A stretch of DNA of 44,103 bases from Pseudomonadota bacterium (GTDB lineage Bacteria > UBA10199 > 2-02-FULL-44-16 > JAAZCA01), in assembly GCA_043798915.1 (NCBI GenBank), contig JAZDOG010000070.1, forward strand, positions 1 to 44,103, written 5' to 3'. Positions within the stretch are counted from its first letter, which is position 1. Every line of letters begins with the position of its first letter. The notes beneath the pieces are model-generated. The model was not told the origin of the DNA, made no database searches, and saw only the letters and a program-made list of their open reading frames with translations. This document shows positions 19,207-28,964 of the stretch, one piece after another. The translations under genes were made by a program, and so were the position numbers.

Positions 19207-19667
19207 GCCTCCCCCTCTTTCGACCGGTCAGGCAATATAACGATGCCAAACCAGTAGGCGATCAGTCCCCGAATGACACGGACCAGTTCCGAGTATCGGA
19301 GCGGTTTGCGGATAACAGAGCTGGCCCCCTGCTCATAGGAGCGGACGATGTCTTCCTCGGACCTCGAGGCGGTCAGGATGACGATGGGGATCTTCTTGAG
19401 ACAATCGTTCGTCTTGATCTCTCGGAGGGCCTCCCGCCCGTCCTTGACCGGCATATCCAGGTCGAGGAGGATCAGATCCGGACGGGGCGCCGTCGGGGAA
19501 TCGGCGGCGCTTCCGTTGCCGAGGAGATAATCGATCAATTCCTGGCCGTTGTGGACACGGATAATCTTCTTGGAGAGGCGCGATTCCTGAAAGGCCCTTT
19601 CCACGAGACGAAAATCCTCCTCGTCGTCTTCGGCAATAAGAATGACGCCTTGATCACCCTTTTTCAC
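19203..19667 (-). CDS. Response regulator (Rcp1-like single receiver)
   Basis: LIAEDD, PDLILLDLDMP, DIVRSYEQGA, YWF; GTG start at 19667 after GGAGG. Confidence 0.88.
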   Translation of the reverse strand: MKKGDQGVILIAEDDEEDFRLVERAFQESRLSKKIIRVHNGQELIDYLLGNGSAADSPTAPRPDLILLDLDMPVKDGREALREIKTNDCLKKIPIVILTASRSEEDIVRSYEQGASSVIRKPLRYSELVRVIRGLIAYWFGIVILPDRSKEGEA

Positions 19668-21477
19668 CCGTTCCTCCCTCAGGCAGGCGAATGATAAAGG
19701 TGGTCCCTTCGCCCGGTTTGCTTTCGACCTCAATCTCTCCGCGGTGTCTCTCCACGATCTTCTTGCAGACCGACAGCCCGATTCCGGTCCCTTTGTATTC
19801 CTCGCGCGTCACGAGCCGCTGAAAGGGTTGAAAGATCTTGTCGATAAATTTCGTGTCGAACCCGATCCCGTTGTCGGCGACCCGGATCTCCGCCCTCCCA
19901 TCGAGAAAGGAGGCATGAGCGACTGTCACGCAAGGAGGGATTCCCTTCCGGGAAAACTTCATGGCATTTCCGATGAGATTTTGGAAGAGCTGGCGCATCT
20001 GGACCGGATCGGCCTTGATGGTCGGAAGATCGCCGACCTCGACGGTCCCCTTCGATTCCCGTATGGCCGTTTCCAGGTCCGAACAGACCTCTTGAATCAT
20101 CGGCCCCAACGCGACCGGCTCGAAGGGATCCACCTTCCGCGTCACCCGCGAATACTCCAACAGGGCCTGAATCAGCTCCTGCATCCGCTGGGCGGCCTTC
20201 TGCATTGTCCGAATAGACTTGCTTCCCTCCGAACCGATTTTTTCTGAATAATCCTCCTCCAGGATATCTCCGTAGGAGATGATCTTCCGGAGCGGTTCCT
20301 GAAGGTCATGCGAGGCGACGTACGAAAACTCCTCCAGGTCCTGATTGGAGCGGGCGAGTTCCTTCTGGGTGCGGACGAGCCGGTCGGTCATCAGGTTGAA
20401 GGCGGCCCCCAGGTCGCCGATTTCGTCGCGGGAGGAAACGCGGGTCCGAACCTCCGTATTCCCCTCTGCGATTTCCAGGGCGGCATTTCGGACCGAGAGG
20501 ACCGGCCGGGAAAGGCTGCGGGACGTGAGCCAGGCCAGCGCCAGGACCCCCGCCATGAGAATGCCCGAGAGGAGGATGATCCTTTGGCGGAGGGCCGAGA
20601 CGGGGGCAAAGGCCTCGGCCGATTCAATTTCGTCGACCAGACACCAATCCTGCGCGGGAAGGTACTTGGTTGCCCCCAGGACGGTGATCCCGGCGTAGTT
20701 CTTGTAAATGGCAGCCTGTTCCTCCTTTCCAAAGCAGGCGGCAATCACCGGGGGAGGCGATTTCAGGGTGACGTTCTGGTCGGGGCTCTTTCTGAGCTGG
20801 CTCAAGATCCAATAATTCTTGTCGACGAGATAGGTCTCCTCCGTCTTTCCCAATCCGGCAGCCCGCGTCGTGATCTCGTTTAATATCTCTGCGTTCATCC
20901 TCAAGACCACGAATCCCGCGAATTCCTGAAGCTCCTGGCTCCGGATCCCCTCGACAAAGGTCAAGAGGCGCCGGCGGGTATCCGGGTCCTCCGAGATCCC
21001 GGCAAAGTAGCTGCCGGATTTCTTCGCCTGATCGGCGTACTCTTGGGGAAGGAACCTCCCGTTGGACTCCTTGCGGGAACTGCCGACGACGGCCCCATCC
21101 GCGTCGCAGACATCGATGCTGTCGACCACGAGGTTCTTTTCCCCGCCGGATCCAAACAACATCAGTTTGGTTTCAAAGTAGGTCCACTCGACGTGTTTTT
21201 GGATATCCTGGCTGATGCGCGGATCGGTTGGCGCATTCGGTTTCAACTGGCGCACGACGGAGTCCCCGGCAATCTCCTTGGCCTTCTCCTGCCTCAGGGA
21301 GATGATCTGGGCGATATTGTAGGCCTTCTCGTTGGACAAGGCGCGAAGCCCCTCGGAGATCTCTTTCACGAGGCTCTGTCGGTTCGTCTGGTAGCTGATG
21401 AGGCTCACGAGGAGGACGGGGATCGCCGCCACGAGAAAGGAGAAAACGAGAAGTTTCGTGCCGATGCTCTTAAACAT
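19654..21477 (-). CDS. Membrane sensor histidine kinase (Cache-like periplasmic domain, HAMP)
   Basis: Two TM helices, DEIGDLGAAFN HAMP, ASHDLQEPLRKI, NLIGNAMKF, DNGIGF, GTGIGL. Confidence 0.93.
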   Translation of the reverse strand: MFKSIGTKLLVFSFLVAAIPVLLVSLISYQTNRQSLVKEISEGLRALSNEKAYNIAQIISLRQEKAKEIAGDSVVRQLKPNAPTDPRISQDIQKHVEWTYFETKLMLFGSGGEKNLVVDSIDVCDADGAVVGSSRKESNGRFLPQEYADQAKKSGSYFAGISEDPDTRRRLLTFVEGIRSQELQEFAGFVVLRMNAEILNEITTRAAGLGKTEETYLVDKNYWILSQLRKSPDQNVTLKSPPPVIAACFGKEEQAAIYKNYAGITVLGATKYLPAQDWCLVDEIESAEAFAPVSALRQRIILLSGILMAGVLALAWLTSRSLSRPVLSVRNAALEIAEGNTEVRTRVSSRDEIGDLGAAFNLMTDRLVRTQKELARSNQDLEEFSYVASHDLQEPLRKIISYGDILEEDYSEKIGSEGSKSIRTMQKAAQRMQELIQALLEYSRVTRKVDPFEPVALGPMIQEVCSDLETAIRESKGTVEVGDLPTIKADPVQMRQLFQNLIGNAMKFSRKGIPPCVTVAHASFLDGRAEIRVADNGIGFDTKFIDKIFQPFQRLVTREEYKGTGIGLSVCKKIVERHRGEIEVESKPGEGTTFIIRLPEGGTGEKG

Positions 21478-21586
21478 GGAATGGGGACAAGTTTATCTCA
21501 GGAGAACCCCTTTTACCAGCGGTATCATAAACAAGCCCTCTTGGAATATGCTTTTTGAATGAAAGGAAGGGGTCAAGAAACCATCT

Positions 21587-23227
21587 TCATTTGCTGCGGC
21601 GCGCGCCGATGAAAGATTTGCTGCGGCGCTTGCGGTGGGCGGAGATGCCGAAACGGTGCGCCTCGTCGCGGATGCGCATGAGGAACAGGAGCTCCTTCGA
21701 TCCGCGCTTCAGGTTCAGAGGGTTCTTGCGCCCCGGGATGTAGACTTGATCCGCATGGCCCTTCTTCTCGCCCTTGGCGATCGCCGCGAGCGGGAGCTTC
21801 AGCCCCAACTCATCCATCACGCGCATGGCCACCGCGAGCTGGCCCTTGCCGCCGTCGACGAGCAGTATGTCGGGCGGCGGCGGATCGATCGCCTTGAACC
21901 TGCGGCTCAAAACCTCGTGCATCATCGCGTAGTCGTCGGGCGTGGCGAGCGTCCGGATGTTGTAGAGGCGATAGCGCGACTTCTCCGGCTTTCCGTCCAC
22001 AAAGGCGACGAGCGACCCGACGGCCTCGCGCCCGCTCAAGTTCGATATGTCGACGCACTCGATCACGTCCGCGGGATGTCCCGCCCCCAGGCGTTTCCCG
22101 AGCATCTCTACCACTCTCACATCGTCGGGCCTTTCGCTCCTCTGCGCGAGCGCCTCGCGGGCGTTGTTGGCGGCAAGCTCGACTAGATTTTTGAGGTCGC
22201 CCCGCGAAGGAACGCTGATCTTCACTCTGTTCGCCCGCCGCTCGGAGAGGATCTCCGCGATGGCCGGCAGCGACTCCGGCCGATGCGGGATCGCGATGAG
22301 CGGAGGTATCTCGGTGCCATCACGATAATGTGCGAGCAGGAATTCCTCGATGATCTTTGATTCGTCGGAAGGGGAGTGTGGAATATAAAATATCCTCTTG
22401 CTGACGAGCGCGCCGTTCTTGACCGTGAGCGCGCAGACCGCGGCGCCGTTTCCAAATCTCGCGATACCTATGGCATCCCTATCGCCGCCTCCATGCCGCA
22501 CGACCTTCTGCGGCTCGGTCGCCCCCTTGAGCATGTCCACCACATCGCGCAGCCGCGCTGCATCCTCGTAGTCCTGCCTCTCCGATGCGCGCCGCATCTT
22601 TTCACTCAAGATGCGCAGGAGCTCGCGGCTCTTTCCGGAGAGGAACATCGCCGCCTCTTCGACCCTCGCGGCATAATCCCCCTTGGATATCTTTTCTGCA
22701 CAGGGACCGGTGCACAGGCTCATGTCGTACCTGATGCACGGGCATGATCGATTAGCGAACTCGGTATCGGAGCAGGAGCGGACGCCGAAATAGCGCGTGA
22801 TGCTGTCCACTGCCGCGCGCGCCGCCGCCGCCGAATTATATGGTCCGAAGTAAAGGGCTCCGTCCTTCTTCACGCGGCGCGTGAGGCAGATGCCGGGAAA
22901 TGGGTGCTCCATGCCGATCCTGATCGAGACGTAGCTCTTGTCGTCGCGAAGGTTCACGTTATAGCGGGGCTTGTGTTGCTTGATGAGCGTGTTCTCAAGG
23001 AAGAGGGCCTCCTTCTCGGTGTCGGTGACGATTGAGTCGATGTCCTTCGTCCGGCGCAGCAGAAACTCTATCTGAGCGCGCTCGTCCTTCCCCCTGACGA
23101 AATAGCTCGCGACGCGCGCTCGGAGGTCTTTGGCTTTGCCGACGTATAGGACCTCCCCCTTGGCGTCCTTGAAGAGGTAGACACCTGGTTTCCTGGGGAG
23201 CGATTTTGCCTTATCCGCGAGCGACAT
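21587..23227 (-). CDS. uvrC: Excinuclease ABC subunit C, lacking the C-terminal HhH domain
   Basis: PGVYLFKD, YVGKAKDLR, KPRYN, DISN, LVDGGKGQL, RDEAHRF. Confidence 0.95.
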   Translation of the reverse strand: MSLADKAKSLPRKPGVYLFKDAKGEVLYVGKAKDLRARVASYFVRGKDERAQIEFLLRRTKDIDSIVTDTEKEALFLENTLIKQHKPRYNVNLRDDKSYVSIRIGMEHPFPGICLTRRVKKDGALYFGPYNSAAAARAAVDSITRYFGVRSCSDTEFANRSCPCIRYDMSLCTGPCAEKISKGDYAARVEEAAMFLSGKSRELLRILSEKMRRASERQDYEDAARLRDVVDMLKGATEPQKVVRHGGGDRDAIGIARFGNGAAVCALTVKNGALVSKRIFYIPHSPSDESKIIEEFLLAHYRDGTEIPPLIAIPHRPESLPAIAEILSERRANRVKISVPSRGDLKNLVELAANNAREALAQRSERPDDVRVVEMLGKRLGAGHPADVIECVDISNLSGREAVGSLVAFVDGKPEKSRYRLYNIRTLATPDDYAMMHEVLSRRFKAIDPPPPDILLVDGGKGQLAVAMRVMDELGLKLPLAAIAKGEKKGHADQVYIPGRKNPLNLKRGSKELLFLMRIRDEAHRFGISAHRKRRSKSFIGARRSK

Positions 23228-23233
23228 GTGTGG

Positions 23234-24388
23234 TCACCAGCTGTAGAAGACACCGGCATTATAGGTGTGAAGCCTGGATCCGTTATTTCTCCTTTCATAA
23301 TCATAGTCGAAGTCGATTCCGAATTTTCTGTATATCTCCAGCTTTAATCCGCCGAAAACATGATTGGCGTGAAATGCCCCAAATTGATTCACAGGATTCC
23401 CCGATTCAAAACTTTCACTCGCGTATGCGTATCCAGCGAACAAAATAAGCTGGTCCACCGCATTCCACGTGAGCCTCGTCATCATCGAATTGTTGGTGTG
23501 GTTGTTGCCTCCGAATTCGCTCAAGCTCAAAATATACTTGGCCATCCAGTCGAACCGCGGGTAGAAATACCACGTAGCTCCGGGCATCATCATGTAAGCC
23601 TTTGCCGTCTGGTAGTTCGCGAATCGAAAACCCAGGGAGGGCACCAGGACCTTGAATATCCTTTGACTGACCTCAAATGTGACGCCTTCCTCTGGCACCA
23701 CGACTTGTTTGGGGGCGAAATCGACATCGAGCGACAACACCGTCCCCTCGGTTGCCCAGTAGCTTCCGCCCACCCTGTATCCGGGCGCCGAATCTCCGAA
23801 TTTATTTATGTAATCGAATCCGCAGCGGGCCGACCACTTTTTGGGCTCGGTATAGCTCAACAGAAAATGCGCCCCCGGGGCGTTGGTGGCAAAATTGTAT
23901 GTCTGGTATTCGAACCCGCTCCTGACCTTGAAGTGGGTGACTCCATCGCCGGCCCTCTGGACCGCCTTTTTCAAATCGAGGGCCTCCTGATTTTCAGGAT
24001 CTAGCGCTAGCAATTGCTCGAGCGTTGCCAAGCTCTCCTTGTATCTCTCCTGCCAGGAATAAACCCTGCCCTTCTCCAGGAGGGCTTCCCTGTTATTAGG
24101 ATCCTTTTTCAGAATCCCTTCATATATCTCCAGGGCCTTCGCATAGTCTCCGCTCCAAGCCGAGACCCTCGCGTGTCCGACGGCGGCATCGACGTCATTC
24201 GGATTCTGCTTCAATATTTTTTTATAAATTTCAATCGATTCGTCGTACTTCTTCTCCCAGCTCAAGTTCTTTGCCTCATCCATCAGGATATCCCTGTCAT
24301 CGATGGCGTAGAGGGGCCTGGCAAGAAGCAGGAGACATGAAGCTATAAGCACGAAACAAGCGAGAGTTGTTCCCTGTCTTTGAGTCAT
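23234..24388 (-). CDS. TPR plus YaiO-type outer-membrane beta-barrel (putative polysaccharide export pore)
   Basis: Signal peptide, TPRs (ARVSAWSGDYAKA), amphipathic strands, terminal YSW; YaiO family inferred from architecture and context. Confidence 0.75.
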   Translation of the reverse strand: MTQRQGTTLACFVLIASCLLLLARPLYAIDDRDILMDEAKNLSWEKKYDESIEIYKKILKQNPNDVDAAVGHARVSAWSGDYAKALEIYEGILKKDPNNREALLEKGRVYSWQERYKESLATLEQLLALDPENQEALDLKKAVQRAGDGVTHFKVRSGFEYQTYNFATNAPGAHFLLSYTEPKKWSARCGFDYINKFGDSAPGYRVGGSYWATEGTVLSLDVDFAPKQVVVPEEGVTFEVSQRIFKVLVPSLGFRFANYQTAKAYMMMPGATWYFYPRFDWMAKYILSLSEFGGNNHTNNSMMTRLTWNAVDQLILFAGYAYASESFESGNPVNQFGAFHANHVFGGLKLEIYRKFGIDFDYDYERRNNGSRLHTYNAGVFYSW

Positions 24389-26211
24389 TTAGTCCTCTCA
24401 AGCCACGGCCGGTAGCTTTCATATGAATGAATGGCGAAACCGTAGAAACTCGGATACTGTATAAACTCGGACTCAACCTCCTGCATCACATCTTTCAAGT
24501 CCCTGGCCTTTTTGCCTGCAAAAGTCAGTTTGGATGCGGGAACATCGATAGAGCGAATCTGACGCAATACGCGACCTTTGCCTTCTCCGTAAGATATAAG
24601 CACGCGGTTTCCTTCCAGCTTATCTATGGAGAGCGTCTGTCCGCTGCCGCCCGAAGTAAAGTCAGCCAGCGTCTCGTCAGGAAGGGAGACTGTCTCCAGA
24701 CCGACGAAGATTTTTTTGCCCTGTTTGGCGGCATATCGTATTTCAGAAATGGCCTGCTCGATCACGCCATTGGCGCCATAGGCAGTCGTTCGATAATCCA
24801 TGATCCCGATGTTATCGGCGATATCGATGATTAGCTCGCTCATCGGCCGGCCGCTGACGACGGCCGTCGGCTCAAAGTATTCATTGCGCTCATCGAACCA
24901 GAACGGAATATCAACACCGAGTTCCAGCTTTGCGCTCGCCGTTAAGCTCTTCAGCTGGCCCAGCAAATCGAGATATTGCTTCAGGATGGATTCCCTCTGC
25001 ACCCCCCCGAAACCGGGCAGCAGATATGGTTCATTGTCGTATCTGACGCCATCGAAATGTTCATTCGCAGAGGCCGTCTCGTTATACCTGATGATTTCCT
25101 TGATGAGCGCGATGATGCGCCCATGATATTTCGTCAGGGCGTATTTTGGATCGCCGTCGAGGGCATGTATCCTGATGCCAGTCCGATGGAGCAGGGCTAT
25201 CAGGGGTTTCACCTTCGATGAATTCCACGCGATGCTCCAGGCATTTCCGTCCTGCTTTGCCTCGTATGGTATCTGGACAAACAAATCGGTTATGCCCTGT
25301 GACACACAAAAGTTTTTAAGTTTTTCCATCTCCGCCGGACTGCCGGTGATTTTATCGGTCTCCCACAGCCACATTCCCTTGCCCAATGCACGCGATGTCT
25401 GACTCCCCGCTGCCAACGCCGGCAGAATAACATCTTTCTTCGTCGTCAGGGCCATGTCCTTGATGTAGATTTTCCCGCTTCCGTTGCCGGCGATCTTGAA
25501 TACAATATTGGCCAATTCCTTCCTGTCGATATTCTGCGGAAATTTTTCCAGCGGAACCCATGCCTGCTGCCACTCAGCCATGACCTTCCCGGCCGGAAGA
25601 AATGCCCCGATGTCACCGACAGGCAATGAATCCTCTCTTTTAGCCCAGGTCCTGTCTGCCGCGTGCAGGGCGACACCTTCTCCGCCGACATTTCCCCTTA
25701 TAAAAAAGGTTAGAAAGGCAAATGGCGAGGCGTCCAGAAAAACCCTCTCTCGAGGTGGCAGCTTGAAATTATTCAAGCCTATCCAGAAGCCGGCATAGCC
25801 CGGCGGAATAAGGGCATATGAAAATTTAAGCGCGCGCGAACCATCAGGAGCGGCGCCGATGCTCGCCATCCCTGTAGAAGGCGATTTAGAAAATACATTG
25901 AAATAACCTCCCAGCATATTGACGTTGCTCTGATTAAAATGGCTTATCAAAAAAACGCCATTGTCTATCTTCGGCGCCGCGCTTTTGGCCGTCGCCTCGA
26001 CGATTTGCGGTTTCTGCTTGCGGATATCGTAGACGATCAGCTGATCGCCCTCTTTCTTGTGGAGGACCCCTATCGAGACATAGCCGATCTGCGAAGGATC
26101 GGACAGCCCCCATAAGGAGAGATCGACTTCCTTGGAAGGATTTGCATAAGCAACGCCGGATGCAAGGAGCAAAACAAGCATCGCGAAGCGTTTCACGAGA
26201 CGCGATATCAC
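24385..26211 (-). CDS. Exported protein with CBM-like jelly-roll and putative glycoside-hydrolase-like TIM barrel (start 26211 or 26223)
   Basis: Signal peptide ...GVAYA; YAGFWI...LTFFIRG...WQQAWVPL (CBM11/CIA30-like); GMWLWE, DGVRYDNEPY, DIPFWFD, IMDYRT. Confidence 0.6.
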   Translation of the reverse strand: MISRLVKRFAMLVLLLASGVAYANPSKEVDLSLWGLSDPSQIGYVSIGVLHKKEGDQLIVYDIRKQKPQIVEATAKSAAPKIDNGVFLISHFNQSNVNMLGGYFNVFSKSPSTGMASIGAAPDGSRALKFSYALIPPGYAGFWIGLNNFKLPPRERVFLDASPFAFLTFFIRGNVGGEGVALHAADRTWAKREDSLPVGDIGAFLPAGKVMAEWQQAWVPLEKFPQNIDRKELANIVFKIAGNGSGKIYIKDMALTTKKDVILPALAAGSQTSRALGKGMWLWETDKITGSPAEMEKLKNFCVSQGITDLFVQIPYEAKQDGNAWSIAWNSSKVKPLIALLHRTGIRIHALDGDPKYALTKYHGRIIALIKEIIRYNETASANEHFDGVRYDNEPYLLPGFGGVQRESILKQYLDLLGQLKSLTASAKLELGVDIPFWFDERNEYFEPTAVVSGRPMSELIIDIADNIGIMDYRTTAYGANGVIEQAISEIRYAAKQGKKIFVGLETVSLPDETLADFTSGGSGQTLSIDKLEGNRVLISYGEGKGRVLRQIRSIDVPASKLTFAGKKARDLKDVMQEVESEFIQYPSFYGFAIHSYESYRPWLERTK

Positions 26212-27944
26212 GAATCTCCCCATTTCATTTTTCTCATCACGGCCAGGAAGCCCATAAGCCCAACGACCCCGACAACGGCCGCTATTATAGAATGACTCCA
26301 CATCCCCATCAAGCCCTTGCCAATAGCAATGGCCGCTCCCAGAATAAGCAGGACGCCCATGACCCATCCGGCAAAATTCAACCACAAAGAATCGGGAGGG
26401 CCGAGGTCTGCGATCTCTCTCTTGATCGGTCTCCATCCGGGTCCGGCGGGACGAACCCGTTCATAAAAAAGCACCAGGTCCTTTTTGTCCGTCGGTTTCG
26501 TAAGAAACGTGACCAGCAACCACAGAATGGTGGATCCGGTAACGACGATGATGAGGTAAATCGGCCGCGCGTCAGGCAATCCAAGCAACCGCGCAATTGG
26601 AGAGGCAAGGAGGGTCAACACGCCAGAGGCGATCATGGCAGTGATCTCCGACCATGCATTGACCCTCCACCAGAACCAGCGCGCGATCCCGACGAGCCCG
26701 ACACCGGAAAAGACCATCAGGACATTGTAGAAAGTCGCCACGATCGACGTGGTGAGGAGCGCAACGACCCCCCCGCCCGCCATCAGACAGACGGTTGCGA
26801 CCCGGCCCACCCAGACATAGTGAGAGGGAGAGCGATCTTTTCGCACGAAGCGACGATAGAGATCGTTCACAACATAAGAAGACCCCCAGTTCAGAAGGCT
26901 GTCGACCGTCGACATATAGGCGGCAAAGAGAGATGCGATCATGACGCCCCTGAAACCCACGGGGACTACCGCCATGATCATCCTCGGATAGGCCCGCTCA
27001 TGATCGACCACGCCAAGCGAATCGGTGACAGTGGGCAGCATGACGATGGACGCAAGTCCCACGAGGATCCATGGCCACGGCCGAAGGGCGTAATGAGCGA
27101 TGTTGAACCATAACATCGCATAGAAGGATTCCTTTTCATTCTTGCAGGCGGAAAGTTTCTGGACGGCAACTCCATCTCCTTCCACGCCTCGCGCCCACCA
27201 TTGGATGAGGACCAGCGAGAGGAAAAATATCCACGGTGATTCCCAAAAATTTCCCGGGGTGTGGGAAGGGAAAAAGGCCGCCTGCGGGAGTTCGTGAATT
27301 TTTTCCCAAAAGCCGCCGAAACCTCCCGCCGAGCGAATGACAAAAAAGGCCAGGAGGAATGCCCCGCCGATCGCGCAGACAAAATGAATGAAATCGGCCA
27401 CCACAACCCCCCACAGGCCGGAGAATGCGGTATAGACGAGGGCCAGAACAGAGCAAAACACCACGGCTTTCCACTTCGTCCAGTCCGTCACCTCTTCCAA
27501 AATCTTGGTGAGCCCCAGGACCGGCCAGGCCCCGAGGGCATAGGCGTTGAAAAGGACTCCGATCAGGAGGGCCTTGGTTCCCCTCAAGGCGGCCCCCGGC
27601 CCCCGGCCGTAACGGAATTCGATAAATTCCATATCGCTCAAGATGTGAGCCCGGCGCCACAGGCGCGCGAAGAAAAACAATGAGGCGACCGAGGCCAGGG
27701 CCAGAAACCACCAGTGCCAATTCCCGGCGATGCCGTTTTTGCGAACAAGGCCGGTTATGAGGAGCGGGGTGTCGGCAGAAAAAGCGGTGGCGGCGAGCGA
27801 CGTTCCGGCGAGCCACCAGGGCAGTTTTCTCCCCGAGAGAAAATAATCTTCCGTTCCCCCTTCGGCGCGGTGCCTGAACGCCATGGCGACGACGGTCACC
27901 AGGAGGCAGTACCCGCCAACGATGAGCCAGTCCAGTGTTTGCAT
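26208..27944 (-). CDS. Sodium:solute symporter (SSS) family transporter
   Basis: DYFLSGRKLPWW, ATAFSADTP, AAYMSTVDS, NDLYRRF; many TM segments. Confidence 0.93.
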   Translation of the reverse strand: MQTLDWLIVGGYCLLVTVVAMAFRHRAEGGTEDYFLSGRKLPWWLAGTSLAATAFSADTPLLITGLVRKNGIAGNWHWWFLALASVASLFFFARLWRRAHILSDMEFIEFRYGRGPGAALRGTKALLIGVLFNAYALGAWPVLGLTKILEEVTDWTKWKAVVFCSVLALVYTAFSGLWGVVVADFIHFVCAIGGAFLLAFFVIRSAGGFGGFWEKIHELPQAAFFPSHTPGNFWESPWIFFLSLVLIQWWARGVEGDGVAVQKLSACKNEKESFYAMLWFNIAHYALRPWPWILVGLASIVMLPTVTDSLGVVDHERAYPRMIMAVVPVGFRGVMIASLFAAYMSTVDSLLNWGSSYVVNDLYRRFVRKDRSPSHYVWVGRVATVCLMAGGGVVALLTTSIVATFYNVLMVFSGVGLVGIARWFWWRVNAWSEITAMIASGVLTLLASPIARLLGLPDARPIYLIIVVTGSTILWLLVTFLTKPTDKKDLVLFYERVRPAGPGWRPIKREIADLGPPDSLWLNFAGWVMGVLLILGAAIAIGKGLMGMWSHSIIAAVVGVVGLMGFLAVMRKMKWGDS

Positions 27945-27974
27945 AACTTCGTGTCCCGTATTTCGTGAAGCGCT

Positions 27975-28964
27975 TCACGCCCCGCGAAAGACGCGATTTA
28001 TTCTTCCCAAACTCTCTTCGGCCCTTTTTTGCAAGGAGGGGCTCTTCTCAATTGCCTTTCTCAAAGTCGTTATTATCTCCTCATGCCGATCATGGTGTTC
28101 GCAAACCAGCACGAGATCGCATCCGGCGGCAAAGGACAGAACGGATGCATCGGGCAGATCGGCGCGGGACAGGGCGCCGGCCATCCCCATGTCATCGGAG
28201 ATGACCAAGCCTTCGTATCCCCATTCCCCGCGCAGAAGATCGGTCAATATCCTTTTTGAAAATGTCGCGGGATGGCCGGGATCGAGCGCAGGATAAAGCA
28301 CATGTGCCGTCATCAGGCATTTCAGCGCGTGGTTTTTTTGCTGGACCAGGTTTTTGAAGGGCAGGAGTTCGCATCGTTCCAGGGCTTTTTGATCCTTCCT
28401 CACAACGGGGAGGGTCAGATGAGAATCCTCGTCCGTGTCTCCGTGCCCCGGAAAGTGTTTGCCGCAGGCCAGCACCCCTTTTTCCTCCAGTCCCTTTATG
28501 AACAGCCGGCCTCTCTGGGCCACAAGCTGAGGATCGGAACCAAATGAACGGACCCCGATTATAGGATTCCGGGGATTGGTATCGACATCCAGGACCGGTG
28601 CAAAATCGACATTGATCCCGAGGTCCTTGAGTTCTTCTCCCATCCTTTGGCCGATCTCCAGCGCCGTTTCGGCGTCCACATCACAGGCCGGGGGAAAGGC
28701 CGAAAAGTGCGGCGGCTTGAGGCGCTGAAATCGCCCCCCTTCCTGATCTATGGAGATGATAAAAGGATGTCTGGGAGAAAGGTCTCGGAGTTCTCGGGTC
28801 AGCTCTTTGAGTTGCTGCGCCGATCTGATATTGCGATCGAAGAGAACGACTCCGCCCAATCCGCAGCAATCGTGAAGTTTTTTAAGTGAAGCAGGAACCC
28901 GAATCCCGTCAAATCCCAAGATGAAGAACCTTCCTGTCTGTGGTCTGTGGTCCGCCTTTACCAT
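27975..28964 (-). CDS. nagZ: Beta-N-acetylhexosaminidase, GH3 (NagZ-like)
   Basis: DQEGGRFQR, APVLD, KHFPGHGDTDEDSH, MTAH, ISDDMGM; no signal peptide. Confidence 0.93.
   Translation of the reverse strand: MVKADHRPQTGRFFILGFDGIRVPASLKKLHDCCGLGGVVLFDRNIRSAQQLKELTRELRDLSPRHPFIISIDQEGGRFQRLKPPHFSAFPPACDVDAETALEIGQRMGEELKDLGINVDFAPVLDVDTNPRNPIIGVRSFGSDPQLVAQRGRLFIKGLEEKGVLACGKHFPGHGDTDEDSHLTLPVVRKDQKALERCELLPFKNLVQQKNHALKCLMTAHVLYPALDPGHPATFSKRILTDLLRGEWGYEGLVISDDMGMAGALSRADLPDASVLSFAAGCDLVLVCEHHDRHEEIITTLRKAIEKSPSLQKRAEESLGRINRVFRGA
28936..28952. repeat. TCTGTGG heptamer tandem in the nagZ 5' end
   Basis: gtctgtggtctgtggtc, encodes DHRPQT. Confidence 0.6.

Noticed and set aside
26212..26436. 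N-terminal extension of the 683-aa ORF
   Set aside because: It overlaps the SSS gene; the signal peptide begins only after 26223/26211
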